A DNA stretch of 64,000 nucleotides from Podarcis erhardii. Its lineage: Eukaryota. Every line of letters begins with the position of its first letter. Positions within the stretch are counted from its first letter, which is position 1. The position numbers were made by a program, and so were the translations under genes. The notes under the pieces were generated by a model. It worked only from the letters and a program-made list of their open reading frames with translations. It did not search any database and was not told where the DNA came from. This document shows, in pieces, positions 38,898 through 52,374 of the stretch. Location: assembly GCA_964252035.1 (NCBI GenBank), contig CAXUOO010000110.1. The stretch is one strand, 5' to 3'.

Positions 38898-41190
38898 CTA
38901 TGCGCAAGCAGCAGCTGTTGGAGAAAGGAAAAAAAGCGGTAGTAGCAACGCCAGCAGTAGCACCACCAACTTGTATATGACGCATACTAAGTTCGTACAG
39001 GGTTTAGCCGTTTCAAAGTAGCCCTGCATCAACAGAATAGAGACAGTTCAGCAACACAAGCAAAAGCACTAGGTTTTTCTACTTCGATTTTTGGCACTGC
39101 TCTTGTGCATTTTTGTTCCTCGTGCCTTCCAGCATGAAGCTCCCTTCCCTTCCTGTACTTTCTGAAGAGTTGCTTCTCGTACATTTTGCTCCTTCCTTCA
39201 GCTGTTGCTGCTTCTTTGTCTGCTCACGCAAGGTGATTGATATTAGTGTTTGTTGTTGATTGAAGCGGTGCTGGTATTGCGGCACAGGTTGATGCGTCTT
39301 CGATGCTCTTACTGTTGCTGCTGATGATAAATTTTTCTTCTTTCTTTTCCTTCCATACTCAATTATGTACACATGTGTATACATATATATGTACGTGTAA
39401 GCATATAAAGGTGGAACTGTCAGCAAAAAAATAACCAACAGTCATCATAAGGGCAGGGCAGCAGCTACAGCCGAAGCTATGGCGCCAGCGCTATCAGTGT
39501 AGCTGCTGCTATTCGATTCACACGGGTTGCTGGCGCCTAGAGGAAGACCTATGTCAGTAGATATGGTGAGTTTTCCTGTTAGTTTCGTATACTGATGCTT
39601 GTAGATTTCCTGGTGTTCCTGTACCAGGGAAGACTCGTTTATCTTTATAGCTGCTGCTTGCTGCCCTCAATCTGTAGCGGATCTAATTTTTTTCTTCTTC
39701 TTTACGTACTTAGGAGGTCCAGAAATGAGCCTAACTAGGTGCTGATATAGTACAATACCTTCTGAGTTTGTAGAGTCACAGAGTTCAGTGATGCGATAGA
39801 TAAATAAATTTTTTGGGGGATTACGCGGTACCTAACATAACTGAAACTTTTGCAAGAAAACCAATATCTAATTGCCTCCATCCACCCTGTAGAAGCGTGA
39901 AGAAATAATCGTGAATTCACATGTACGCAGGGGGTGCTCTGCGCGGCTGCTGTATTGCGACGTGCGTGAACACTAGATGCTTGGTCACTCTAGCGATAGC
40001 AGAAGCGACTTCTCTTTTTTCGTTCCGATGATGTTTAGCTCTCTTCGTTTATAAGCGAGTGCACGCTTGTAGAAATTCTGGTGTATGAGTGGAGTGAATA
40101 CCGGGAAGAGCCTACAGAGCTGCCAATTTCAGCAGCTTCAGTGATTTAAGGAAATCTATATAAGTCTTCATATTACATGTGTGAATCAGGATGTAAATAT
40201 ATATGTTGGAATGTTGACATATTGAACCAGGTTTCTGGGCGTTGACCGCTCTCAGTCTGTATGTATATAATGTATCTGCGTCTAGCGTTCAGATCCATAT
40301 CTGTGTGGTGCATGTGTGCATGTGGTGCTCTCTGTAAAACATGATGTATGCTTACATCTGTTCCTTGCAAAATGTGGTATACATGTAATTGAGCGCACGA
40401 GGAACCGTATCCTCAAAAAATTGCATACGCGACATCCTGAGACTTCTCCTTAAGTCTTGTGATATTGTAGCAGGGCCGGCAATGTCGCGACAGGCAGCAG
40501 CACGAGCGGCAGCAGCAGTTTCGCTGCAACAGCAAAGATGCTAATATGGGATATTTTTTGTATTTCAGATGTCCTGCAAACGTCGAATTTCGAGTACTTT
40601 GCCAATTTTATCGCGTAAAATTGCATGTGGCGACAGCAAGTGCAGCATCACCACCATTCCCGAATCAGTCAGAAAAGCAGCAGCCGTAATTGTAGCAGCA
40701 CCACATTTGATGCTCGTTGTTGAGCCTTATCAAACACAAGCATTGTCGCTGTAGGAGCAACAGCAGCGAAGAGCTCATCAGCAATCTCTTAGCCATCAAA
40801 ATGATGAACAAGAAGCCGCTGCTGCAGCAGCGGCAGCCTTGTAGAGGGCAGCGCTCACAGCTTGCTTTGAAGTTTGATCGACGCCATCAGAAGGACCTGC
40901 AGGTCGAAGCCGAAAACCTGCACCAACAGCACCTACTCGAACAGCAAGAATCCTCTCTGTATAAAGTGCAACCACAGTTGCTTCCATTTGAACTGCAGCA
41001 CCGGAAGCTAGATGAGCAGCGTCCACTTGCACAAGATCAACAAGTACGTGAACAGCAGCATTCATTCCTACGAAGCATCGCCGTCATCGAGCAAAAGCAG
41101 CAGTTGCTGAGCTTGTTCTTCACCAGCAGTCGCCAAGAGCACAGCCAAGAGCCTCCTGATCACAAAAAAAGACAAATTTTTCATTCCAAA

Positions 41191-41994
41191 ATGCCACTTG
41201 ATAACGCACTGAGTAGTTGCTGCTTCTGCGTTTGGAAAGGCACTCGCCTGCTGCTGCTCTTCTTGCTCCTTATGATGGTGCTTCAGAAGCAACAAATGCT
41301 TCTTTCAGTTTCGGGAGCAGCCTGTGACCCTGCAGTGACTACGACTGTCTGCGTGAACGGCCAGTGCTTTGCTTATAACGGCCTGGAAGTTTGTGTGTGT
41401 GATCTTCCGTGGAAAGGCGCGCTGTGTAATGAACAAGCCTCTCTGTGTGGAACCGACTGCGGCTTGAAGAAACAATATGGTGACAGTTTGACCTGTGCAG
41501 CGGCTCTGTGCGGTATGGGGGAGTGTACAGACACCGACGTGCCGCCCTATTTCCGGTGCACCTGTGGCGACTTTTTTACGGGGGACAACTGCGAAAGAGA
41601 AAGCAATCCTTGTTCAAATGCCGCTGCAAATCCATGTGGAAACGGTGTGTGTAAGTTTGCACCTGGAAAAGGCAGTGGCACAGTTACATGCCAGTGTAAT
41701 GAAGGCTGGGAGGTCTCACCTGGCGCTACTAGCACCACGCTTCGTTGGGGCGCCAGTCAAGTGCTGCTTTCGCCTCCTTGTACTGTGCAAAAACGCAGGG
41801 GAGTCGCTTCTCTGCCTCTTCGAATCAGTAGCGGAGAAATGATTGTTTGGTGGATCATTTTTGCTATCAGTTTGCTCACCCTCGTCTGGTGTATGTACAC
41901 CGTTTGTGCCGACACTTGCCGCAAATACGTGAAAACGTTTGCCAAAATGCGAGCCGGAGGAAAAGCTGCCAAAGCCGCTGCTGGATCAACTTAG
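41191..41994 (+). CDS. Single-exon type I membrane protein: signal peptide, three EGF-like modules, TM helix, short basic tail (267 aa)
   Basis: Within ORF 40717-41994. ATG 41191 is followed by hydrophobic [16 protein letters not shown] spacing is seen in CDPAVTTTVCVNGQC...CVCDLPWKGALC, CAAALCGMGEC...FRCTCGDFFTGDNC and NPC...PCGNGVC...CQCNEGW...PPC. TM is MIVWWIIFAISLLTLVWCMY. The start codon is inferred. Confidence 0.85.
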   Translation: MPLDNALSSCCFCVWKGTRLLLLFLLLMMVLQKQQMLLSVSGAACDPAVTTTVCVNGQCFAYNGLEVCVCDLPWKGALCNEQASLCGTDCGLKKQYGDSLTCAAALCGMGECTDTDVPPYFRCTCGDFFTGDNCERESNPCSNAAANPCGNGVCKFAPGKGSGTVTCQCNEGWEVSPGATSTTLRWGASQVLLSPPCTVQKRRGVASLPLRISSGEMIVWWIIFAISLLTLVWCMYTVCADTCRKYVKTFAKMRAGGKAAKAAAGST

Positions 41995-43761
41995 AAAAAT
42001 ATTAAGATATATATACATGAGAGGGTATGGTTCGTAGTTTTGTTGCTGATTGACTCCATTATAAAATCCCTCAGGGATACATCTGGCAATACTCTATACT
42101 TACACGTAGATATAGACGTATATATATATATATATATTACCTCGTGTATGTACATGACATTATGCATATGTATGTGTATACACTATGGTATGTTTGCTCA
42201 GAGTTTTCGAGACAAATGTACAGGGTTTTGTTGCAATTTTTTGTAAGGGATAGTGCGCAATGCATATCAACCATCTGATATATTCTGCGAAATACGGCAG
42301 TAAATACAAGAAATTCTCAACGAAAATGAAAAGTGGTACGGGGCTACATGGAGCGTCTTGGGTCGCTGCTATGACAGTGCTCATATAGGTAGAAGGTACA
42401 ATTCATTTGAAACATTTGTTTTGCGACAGTCCATTGGGCACCCTTTCGTTTTTGTGGCTTTTTTTTTTTCTTCTTCGGTAAATCTGGTAACTGTTTACCT
42501 AATTATTCAAAAGGATTTCAACCAGAATGTATATATTGTTTCGCCTTCATTTTCTGTACGTAGTTGTACAACTTACACACAAATTTACAATTTTCAAACA
42601 CATTTCTTGCTTTTTTTGACAATCCCTTATGCCATCATTGCAGCCTCGCACATCAACTCTGTCGCTGCTGTTGCTTTTTCTTTCGTTGGTGTTAAAAAAT
42701 TTGATCATTCAAGCAAACTTTCCAGTTGACCCACCTGGAACTACGAAACATGCTAGTTTTGGTGTGAGTCTCTTACATCCGAAGCTAATTCCTTTTCTCG
42801 CTATCATGGAAGTCGATGTTGTGTTGGTGCTGCTCCTGCCAAAGGGTGGGATGCCGCTCAAAAATAAAATGGACACGTTGTGCACAGATGTTACGGAGAG
42901 AAGATGAAGTTACTTTGATGGGGTCACCTTTCGCTGCCAAGTGGTGCTACTGCTGTAAATCTTTGCAGCGCCTATATTCTCAGATTCAATGCTGAGGGTG
43001 CAATACCTCACCCAACGAAAGAAGCTAGAATTGCCGTCGTCAATTGCTTTGTTGGTGGTGCTGCTGCTGTTTATTTTGCGGCTAGTACAACGGCTGCTCT
43101 GGGTGCTGGTTGCCACCTGTTGCTGGCAGAACATTTGTTGCTGTTGTCGGAAAAGTTGTGGCTGTCATGGACGCTTTTGTGCGTATATTTGAGTTTAGCC
43201 ATACATATATGCGGAACATGTACTTGATGGAGCACTCATATGTACATGTTATCAACTATGTCACTGCAGTCTCTCCACATAACCCACAAAAGTGAAATAC
43301 AGTGCACATACGTTTTGTAGCATGCATTGACCAATCCTGTACAACACAGAGTGAGATCGAGTGAGCACAAGCATCATGTACAAGTGAGAAGTTCGAGCTA
43401 GTCGTCTTCAACGGGCACGAGTTGCCACCGTTGATGCCAGAATGTCGACTAAATTCAACAGGAAATGGTTTTCTCAATTTTGCACCTGCTGTTTCGGTCA
43501 TTTCGCTATACGAGTGTAGGATACATAATGCTGAAAACTGCTCAAGACGTTTCGAAAAAGTCGTGTCATTAGGGCTGCTTGTTAGAAGTGCCACCATTGT
43601 CTGAAAAAGTTCAGCGTCTATTGCTCAGGAAAACTAGAGGAACTCACTAAACTTTCTACTGGAACAAATAGAAGACGAGTGTGGTTGAGTGATATTATGT
43701 CGAATGGGATTTCAAAACCTCACAGTATTTACCTACGAACCGTAGCTACTCTACACGTATA

Positions 43762-43892
43762 NNNNNNNNNNNNNNNNNNNNNNNNNNNNNNNNNNNNNNN
43801 NNNNNNNNNNNNNNNNNNNNNNNNNNNNNNNNNNNNNNNNNNNNNNNNNNNNNNNNNNNNNNNNNNNNNNNNNNNNNNNNNNNNNNNNNNNN
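43762..43892. other. Assembly gap (131 N)
   Basis: Run of n in the sequence. Confidence 0.99.
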
Positions 43893-44437
43893 TTGTAAAG
43901 AAAGAAGTCGTACAAACATCTTATAAATGCATCGTGGCATGTCCTTGTAATTGCAATGCACTGTCTAGCCATTTACTCTTTCTCTGCTGTTTGGGGTATA
44001 AAGTCCGACCTCTACGGTCTTCGACCTTAAAATTCAAGTTCTTCACCTCGGCCTTTGATCGCCGTATGATATGACTCAAAGCGATTGTAAATACGATGTA
44101 TTTTGATTGAATTGCCAGTGTTTGTGGGTCCTTTTTGCAGAAATGAATTCGTATTCACCCCCTGAACTTCTCGGCAAGTTCCTGCCTATATCTATGATGT
44201 AGAAACAAGGTAAACATGTGTAACCAGAAGCAATCCATGGAGAAAGAGAGAAGTATACAGTGCAAGCGTATGGGTGGCTACATGGTTTATACTACCAGGT
44301 CATATATATAATAAAGTAGATCTGTACTTTTACCTGTCCTCGGCCCGCGAAGACTTAACACTGCCGTTGAAGCAGAATATGGTACTACCTTGTATTGCAT
44401 GCGCGTCAGTCTGTTTTGTGACTTGATACATATATAG

Positions 44438-44479
<42 letters not shown>

Positions 44480-44717
44480 CTTTATGCGATTCGCTTGTAA
44501 AGTCTACCGGCGTGGGTAGCATGTGCGGCACTGAACCCATTTACAATATCAGAACCCCTTGCTTAGTAAAATATGGAAGTCGATGAATGTAGAAGCCCTT
44601 CTCCGCGAACGGCGTACAAATCTGTCGCAAAGGCTGTTTTCCGGTCGTTTGGTAAGGCTACCTCTTGAAGCATAATTATTATCAGAGATTATGTATACAT
44701 TGTGACTTTATATATGT

Positions 44718-44765
<48 letters not shown>

Positions 44766-44820
44766 GCACACGTGTATCCTTATAAGTACATGTGTATGTG
44801 TTAAAAAAAAGCTAGTATGT

Positions 44821-44855
<35 letters not shown>

Positions 44856-45336
44856 CAATTATGCGGTAGCCTCGCAGAACGGTTTGGCTCACCTAGCACC
44901 GTAGGCGTGTGTGCACGTAACAGAGCGTTATATGCTCTTGGAGTATGTACTTCGCACATTTGTCAATACTGGTAATGAAGATCCCTGCTTTACATGATGA
45001 CTCTCCTAAGGTATATATATATATATATATATGACACACGCACATGGTCTTCACGTACTTCATTTAAGTATGCATTTTCGTGTCAAGCATACAAACTTGT
45101 GTGTGTGGGTTGAGCCTTTATAGTTGTGCCTTCGTTATTGCAGAAATGAATACTATGTTGCCGCGTCGTCGGTCTCTCAGACTGTTTCTTTAACCAAGCT
45201 GGTCTTCTTCCATGTCGGCTTACTGTTGTTGATATTATTCTTCCATTGCAGCAAGGAGCTGAAACGGTTGTGATATATATAAATATATATATACGTAGTT
45301 GAAACGAGTAACTAATACCATCAAAAGGAGAAGACG

Positions 45337-45475
45337 NNNNNNNNNNNNNNNNNNNNNNNNNNNNNNNNNNNNNNNNNNNNNNNNNNNNNNNNNNNNNNNN
45401 NNNNNNNNNNNNNNNNNNNNNNNNNNNNNNNNNNNNNNNNNNNNNNNNNNNNNNNNNNNNNNNNNNNNNNNNNNN
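45337..45475. other. Assembly gap (139 N)
   Basis: Run of n in the sequence. Confidence 0.99.
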
Positions 45476-48400
45476 GTGTTGATCTCCAGATCTTTCTTGT
45501 ACCTGCAGGGGATGGCTGGCTTAAATTTAAGCAATCATTTACATGGATGCAACAAGAGAGTTCTGGTAAGGGGTCAAGCTGTTTGTGGAAAATTCCAGAA
45601 GAAACACCAGCAACAACGGCAGCAAATGCAGTGCGTACGTTGTCGACTTGTAACAGAAGAGCCAGCGCGGGGACAGCTGCAGCAGCAGCTTTCATACTTG
45701 AAGGTAAAAATTGTTTTCCTGTAGGTTACTGCTGATCACAGACGCTATTTTTGCTTCTCAACGAAAATTCAGCATATTACTTCGGCGAGTTTACAAAATT
45801 TTTCAAAAATATACTGATTTCCTAACAACCGTAATCCACCAATGGTAAGTGTATTTGCCCCTCTTTTGCCTCAATCGCTTTTCAGTGCTCCTGCTGCTCT
45901 GCTCATTTAGGTTGTTTTCAGCAGACACAGCAACACAAGTTGCATCAGCTCAGACTTCGGTTTGACACCATCTAGACCGCCTTGGAGGATCAGCCAGCTG
46001 GTGCGGCACTGCTTCTGCTCTAACGCAATGTGACTTTTGATGGTGTATGCTCCACCCTCCATAGCACAATTCTTCGCTGCCTTCGCAGTATATACTCTCA
46101 TTGGCTCCTTTTGTATTGGCAGTTGATACGAAATTGCTTCTTTTCTAAGGCTATTCGATTTCTGGTGGTGAATTGTCACCCTTCAAATCATGATTCTCGC
46201 TGCTTCCGCAGTATGTACTGTATTGCTTTCTTCTGTATTTGCTCCTAAAGTTTGACGGATTCTACCAGTAGAAGCTGTTGCGTTCGCAAGCGCTTCAACT
46301 TCGTTTTGTTGTACAGTTTCCACCACCACTTTTGAAATGTCTACTGCACTTAGTGTCCTTTTATCTAGAGCTTATGTAGCCTTCTTCTTATCCATGTAAG
46401 GGCTTCGTGATGCTGCAGCTGCAATCAGTGCTGCAAATACATTCTTCGCACCTTTATTAGGGGCCACTAATGCTGGTGCTCCTGCTATCATGACTGCTCC
46501 CGTCTTTGCTGTCGTAGCACCGCGAGAAGGGCTTGTTGCAGTAGACAGTGAGCGATTGGGGTACCAGCCGAGCAAGTTTTGGAACGCTCTGTAGCAGGTT
46601 CAGCATTATCAGCAGTCGTCGAAGCACCAGCAGCAATAACACTTGGAGCGTTTCAGCCAGAATAGGCGACATTATTGAGAAACGGTGAAACTGTAGCGGA
46701 AGTAGTGCTAACGAAAGCAGCCTCGTCTGCGAGGAAATAAACTCTAGCCGCAGGAAAAATTTTTGAGAAACTCCACAGCGCAGGGCAACGCAGAAGCACT
46801 GGCGGCAACCATAGAAGATTGACGTTTAAAAGACTTTGAATGTGTGTTTTTTTCTTCCAGAGCTGCCGTATTTTCTTTCTTTACTGCTTCTGTGCTATTA
46901 TTTGTTTTAAAATGTATCGCTACGTTTGCTACAGCCTTGAGGACGTTGCTTGCATTGTTTCTAGTAGCCACAGCACCAGCTGCAACTAATGCATTCCCTT
47001 TCGTCTCATTATATCAAATGCTGCAAGGTAGCCACGACCTGGCACTCTTGACAACGACAGTGCACGTCATCAGATTCGTCTTTCTATCCCGCTTCCAATG
47101 CTTGGAATATAAAGTCATATTGTCGGCGTGAGCAACTGTCAATATATAGTCTATTGCTATTAGACGAGCTTTCAGTGAGCGGCAGACTTTCTGGCAGCGT
47201 TTCGTTTTTCTTTTTACCGGACCACTCCAACCGCGTACCGGGATCTGCGGTAAATATTCATATACTGGTGTGTAATTCATAACATGATGCTGCACTTGCG
47301 GCGTGAATTATCGTGTTCTACGGGCTGCGGACATTCTAATACAATAGCACAATCAGCAGCAGCGCACAGCTGAACTCACTCTTGTGCATTCATAAAGGAA
47401 AACAATCCTGATACCCGACTTTGCTATGCGATTGAATTTGTGTGTGACTTTTCCATTACAACGCAAGCGTCATATTTGGAAGAAAACCAAGCAATCCTGT
47501 TCCACTTTGAATAGAAGTGTTCTACAGATGTATACAGTCGTGTAGTTTATTATATCTCCGTAGATCACATCATTTAGCTACTTACCCATATGCAAACGAA
47601 AATTTATGTATATGAGAATAGCGCTCCAGCCAATGTGTATAGCAAAGTATCCAGCGGGGTTAGTTTAAGAGAGGAAAGTGTGGAACGGTGCTCGCCTGAT
47701 GATGTCAGACAATTTTCCGACATACCTTGGCCAAACATGAAAGATAAAGCTGGGTATTAGATTTGGTATATGGTAGTCGTAGAAGAGATAAAACCCTACT
47801 TGGCTCTGCGGTGCAGCTTAGAGACTGTTTATCGAATAAAACTCTCGAACTCAAGAGACAGATATGACTGATGAAATTAGACACACAGCTGCCGACAGCA
47901 ATCAAGACCCTTACGACGGAAAATAAGGAAACTTGGCGAACCAGTTTCCCGCCTGCAGACATAAGTACTGAGGGCCCAAATCGCACAGAAGCATGTCTCC
48001 GGGTCTGACAGAAATTCCAGGTAATGAGGTGAGCACAAAATGAGGCCAGCCATTCACGTACACCTAGTTATCAAGCACAATCAAAAACTGCTCATTGACA
48101 GAGTCGACATGGTCACGAAAACTCAGTAACTGTCAGACACACACTCTTCTCTCAGTCGTGTATCGAAAGTACTCAGGAAAAAGAGCGAAGTTTGTGAAAA
48201 ACCCATTATATTTTAGGAAATGACTCAAGTACCTTCAGAGTCGTGTTACAGGAGGAGAATTCGTTGCCGTATTCTCATTGTGTGCAGTTCGCAGTTTGGT
48301 TGAAAGGCTGAGCGGCTCTCTATTGTCATACCAAGGTAGCTCAAAGTGATGGATAAAAGCTATTTCATTGCAATTTTGCTTCCTCTAGGGATTTATTGGG

Positions 48401-48837
48401 CTCGAGCAGGCAGCAGCAACTCTCCCCAGTCAAAGTCACACAGTTCCTTAACGTAAGGACGAAATTCGAGAAAATTCTAATTTTTACTTGCTCATCGGCA
48501 CAAATCAATTTCGCTGTCGAACGGCGTGGTTTCCGTTTGCCTATCTTAGGGGTCTTACGCCTCGTAGACATGACAAATGACGATATTTGGATTGAAAAAA
48601 ATCCGTAAATAGACCTGAATTCCAGCAGTCTGTGAACAGAATGAACAGCAGATCAAAGTAAGCTAAGTGAGTGAGACCAATATGAGAAATGGATTACAAT
48701 GCACTTCAACAAGCAACCCATTCAAGCTCTTATGCTGCGGTCACTCCCTGCGGATGCAGTTAAGCAATTCTAGTCATCTATGTTGTTTATGAAGCGTCAG
48801 GGTAGCGTGCATTGAAGGACGTTTGAAGAAAAAGGTA

Positions 48838-50294
48838 CTTGCAGTCAACTGTATCGCAGCTGGGCGTGCTCTTCATCAAGAGCGCGTGAAGAACTTCATT
48901 GTCAGACATATGGTCTTTCTAGGTCGGCTGCGCCTTCTCCGCATGAAATTGTTAATTTTCATGCTCCCCCATAAATTCCCCAAGCACTTATGGACCCTTT
49001 CATACATGTAGGCTTGGTGGGAAGGAACGGGTACCAGGTCGGTGATGAGACATGTTACAGGCTGCAGAGACTGAGTTCACAAGCTGCCAACATATTTCTA
49101 TTCCCAACAACAAATTGCAATGTGTACTGTGTATCCGTGTCTTGCGTAATCCTTCCAAAAGAAAATGTTTATCAGCAGCACGCGTGAACTCTCGAAAATT
49201 ATTGAGGTTGTCAAATGAAGCGCGCAATATACAAAGAAAAAAACGTACCCGGTGGCTGGCAGGTATTGGATTTGCATTTACTCGTAATTGAAGGGCGAAA
49301 TAGTGCAGCATCGGACACGATGCTTGCCGTAGAGGGTGTTCTGGATCATTTACAACGTCCTTCAGTCTGGTGTCAATGCCTCCGAGGCAAATGCAGTCTA
49401 CAACATTTGCTCTTCGCTTAGGCATACTTGATGAATGACGGGATGGCGTAGCGGTAAAGGCTGCATTTCTCGGAAGCAACTCAGTGGGAACGAGGTTCTC
49501 CAATTCGCCAGAACAATAGGGAGTACTTGCGAGATGGGGAAAGCTGGTCGGACGTACCCCTTCCGCGTGTGCGCTGAGAGTAGGATAATCTACGCGGTAG
49601 AGTCTTTGCAACTGAGATGTACATGAAAGAGATTTCCTGGGTGCTTGAGGAGTCCAACTGGAGAGGGTTGACTGAATTTAGAAGGTCGCTTTCGAACAAG
49701 CTGTGATTTGCTAAGTCAACAGCTTCCGCTGCTGCCATCTAATCGGCGCCAGCGACAAATAAACAACCACATTGTGGCGCCTTGCTAACAGGGGCTAAGA
49801 TTCTACGGCAGAGTAAACCAAATTCTCCTCGAAAGGAAAGTTGTCTTGTTACTTCATTTGCAAACGAATAGTGGAATTGGAGGAGAGAAGTTGGGCTAGG
49901 TGAAAAGTAGGACTTGATTACCCTTGTACGCCAGAGCATTTGGTGGTTGCAGCGCTTTTTTTTCGCTTCATTCGCTTAGAAGAACTGCTTTGGCCCCAGG
50001 ATGAGTTAGACGTGTGGCTGTTCTCCTTCACACCCCTCATACACAATGAAATGAAACCACCACAGCAAATTGCTCCGGATTATTAGCAAGGGTATGTATC
50101 ACAAAATATGCAATGCTGGGTTCGTAGGACGTAAACGATGAATCGCCTAACTGTGTGGTTGTACCAATTGAAGGAAACCCTTCAACTGTATATATGCGAC
50201 GTGTTCGGAGCGGCATAAGCACGAATCGCTGCAGTGCTTGCAAGGTGCTGGTGGACGATTCTAGTCCGCCCGGACCGATTTCCCCAGTCAACAT
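48838..50294 (-). CDS. Candidate multi-exon hypothetical gene with short introns
   Basis: The TAG ending at 49739 works as an acceptor into exon 49738-49623 (MAAAEAVDLANHSLFESDLLNSVNPLQLDSS...). A 49-nt GT-AG intron (49622-49574) joins in phase to ORF 49000-49611 (...GIDTRLKDVVNDPEHPLRQASCPMLHYFALQLRVN...ASFDNLNNFREF). A further candidate exon near 48.84-48.92 kb reads KDHMSDNEVLHALLMK. Gene ends are unknown. Confidence 0.4.
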
Positions 50295-51270
50295 TTACAG
50301 TGTGCATGACTGGCAAAATGGACTTTCCAGCTTGATTAGGTTTTGGCTTTCCTTGATGCGAAAAAGAAAGGTGTAGATGCCGCTCGCTTTATGTTTTTTA
50401 GTTGAAATTCACTAGCTTTTGAAGATAAGGTTGCAGCTTCATGCGTACATGACAAACAAGACAAATTCAAACATATAAGTACTTTTATACAGCAGTGCAA
50501 TGTATGCGTTCGATATACGAAACTCTGTTAGATTTGCAAGGAACTTCTGTAATTTACCCCAAACGGTTTAGTACAGAGATGCTCTGCATTTATGTAGGGC
50601 GTTTAGTGCGACAGTTCCAGCCTAAAGGTGATGCTTGCTGAACTTCACTTAATGATTACAGAGGTGTATCTATACACATTATTGTCCAAGTAGAGTCAAG
50701 CTGCTCTGCGAATGACATCGAATTGACGGTGACATGAGCTGTCCTGGACAACGTCAGTACGAAGAAAACGGAGTTCCTCCTGTTGAAAGTTGCGCTCGAC
50801 GTCTCGCATGTTGCTGTCAAGATGAGCAAGCGCGCGCACAATTTGAGATTTTTCCTGTTTTCCAATGTATATACACCCGTTTGACTTGTATGTCTAACAC
50901 ATCATTCGAGAATACATCACAGCCTTTAGAGTATTGCACCGTTTCCGCACTTTCCAAAACATTCCAATGCAGTAACCCAGTTTCTCTATCTCTTTCGATT
51001 TCGTGATGCAGCCTTGAAGCTTGCTACTTTCCCTCTGCACTTTCAAGCGCTGATACTCAGTTATAAAGCATAGAAAAAAAGCGTCTTAAAAATCCACTAA
51101 CAACGTTTCAAGCGCTGAAAAGCGTTTTGAAAACTCAATTACAACGGGCGCTAGTCTAAGATTTTGTCAAGAGTGTTCTGACGACGATCCACATTCGCGG
51201 ATAACCAAATGAAGTATTTGCATACCGTACCCACATCTTTAAAACTGTTTTTTTTTTGTGTCTAGTACAG

Positions 51271-52374
51271 CTTCAACCAGGATTTTGGCTACGTGGAACC
51301 AAAACACTCGAAAATGTGGCGGTCAACTCATTGTGCGAGCGTGCCTGAGGCAGACTCAATTACTGGTAGGCTATAGCTTCTGGTATCAACTGTCTTTTTT
51401 GGGAAACTTATGAGCAGCAGAAGCTGCCATAGAAAAACGTCATGCTGCCGTGAGCTTGAGGACAATGCGTGAATTTTGCAAAAAGGATGCTGCAATGCAA
51501 GAAGCTGATTTGGCAGCGTAAGAGAATACGGTGACTAGTTTTTCTCACGTGCTACTCCTAAACGTTCTGAACAATCAGCCAAGAAAAATCTACAAGGAAT
51601 TCTGTTCAACTCCCTCCGAGCATGAAAATAAAACCAGCTCGTAAGCTTCGTATAGGTGAAATTTTTGAAAAAAAATGTAATTTTTCGTGCCAAGAATACG
51701 ATAGTTTTTGGAACATCCCCCCTCCACCATCGACGCAGACAAAGTCAACGGAGGCCTGTGAAAGCCTTAGCGCTTCGTGTGATCTGGATTGTGACATGTC
51801 GGGAGCTAGTGTGTCTGCTATTCAAAGTCGTCAATCGTCAGAATCTGCGGCATCTGCGCTTGAAGAAACACACTATCCACTCCACACACAACAGGAGGAA
51901 GCTCCTGAAAAGTTTATTTGGCGAAATTCAACCAACTGTCCACAATGTGGAAGAAATTTCAATTTATCTGCTGTTTCGCCGAAAGGGATAGTCTCAGGCC
52001 CCTCACATACAAGGATGATGGAGGGTCAGGAACGAAAACCTGATATATCCAACCTGTTGCAAATGCATCATGAAGATCTCAACAGCTCTGCGGAACTCCA
52101 ATCGTTGTCGGGGCGACTAGAACGATTGGAAACTCGACTTGAAAGCCTCATGAACGGCATTGCTGCGCTTGCCTCGTCCGCTGATATCGCCTCACTGCAA
52201 CAAACCCTCGAGTCACACGAACAGCTGATGAAAGTGTTGCTTGATAGCTCCCGTGAAATGTTTGCTCATCTTTCTCATGCTCTGTCAAGCCGTCCGCAAG
52301 TCGATAGTGAAAAGCTAGGAAACTGCAACAGGACGTATCCAGACATTTCAGAGGAACGGGCAGTGGAGTGGTAA
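51271..52374 (+). CDS. Hypothetical protein with a CxxC motif and C-terminal coiled coil
   Basis: The 250-aa ORF 51622-52374 extends upstream in phase through introns 51518-51578 (61 nt) and 51366-51420 (55 nt). It contains CPQC and the heptad-like LQSLSGRLERLETRLESLMNGIAAL. It may start further upstream, near 50734. Confidence 0.55.

Larger units (their letters stand above)
500..45300. repeat. Dispersed (TA)n microsatellites, dozens of arrays up to about 70 bp, in intronic and intergenic DNA
   Basis: Examples at 5940-5987, 7885-7933, 15109-15161, 17094-17163, 31450-31488 and 36323-36368. They produce the many YIYIYI ORFs in the track. Confidence 0.95.

Noticed and set aside
40717-41190. 158-aa in-frame Q/L-rich extension ahead of the EGF protein
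   Set aside because: It would bury the signal peptide and has CAG-repeat UTR-like composition, so I treated it as probable 5' UTR
500-45300. Dozens of ORFs containing YIYIYI or IYIYIY runs
   Set aside because: They are translations of stop-free (TA)n microsatellites in introns, not proteins
29947-45724. ORFs spanning the three N-gaps
   Set aside because: They are artefacts of X codons
49736-49741. In-frame TAG directly before MAAAE, suggesting readthrough or a pseudogene
   Set aside because: More simply explained as a TAG splice acceptor
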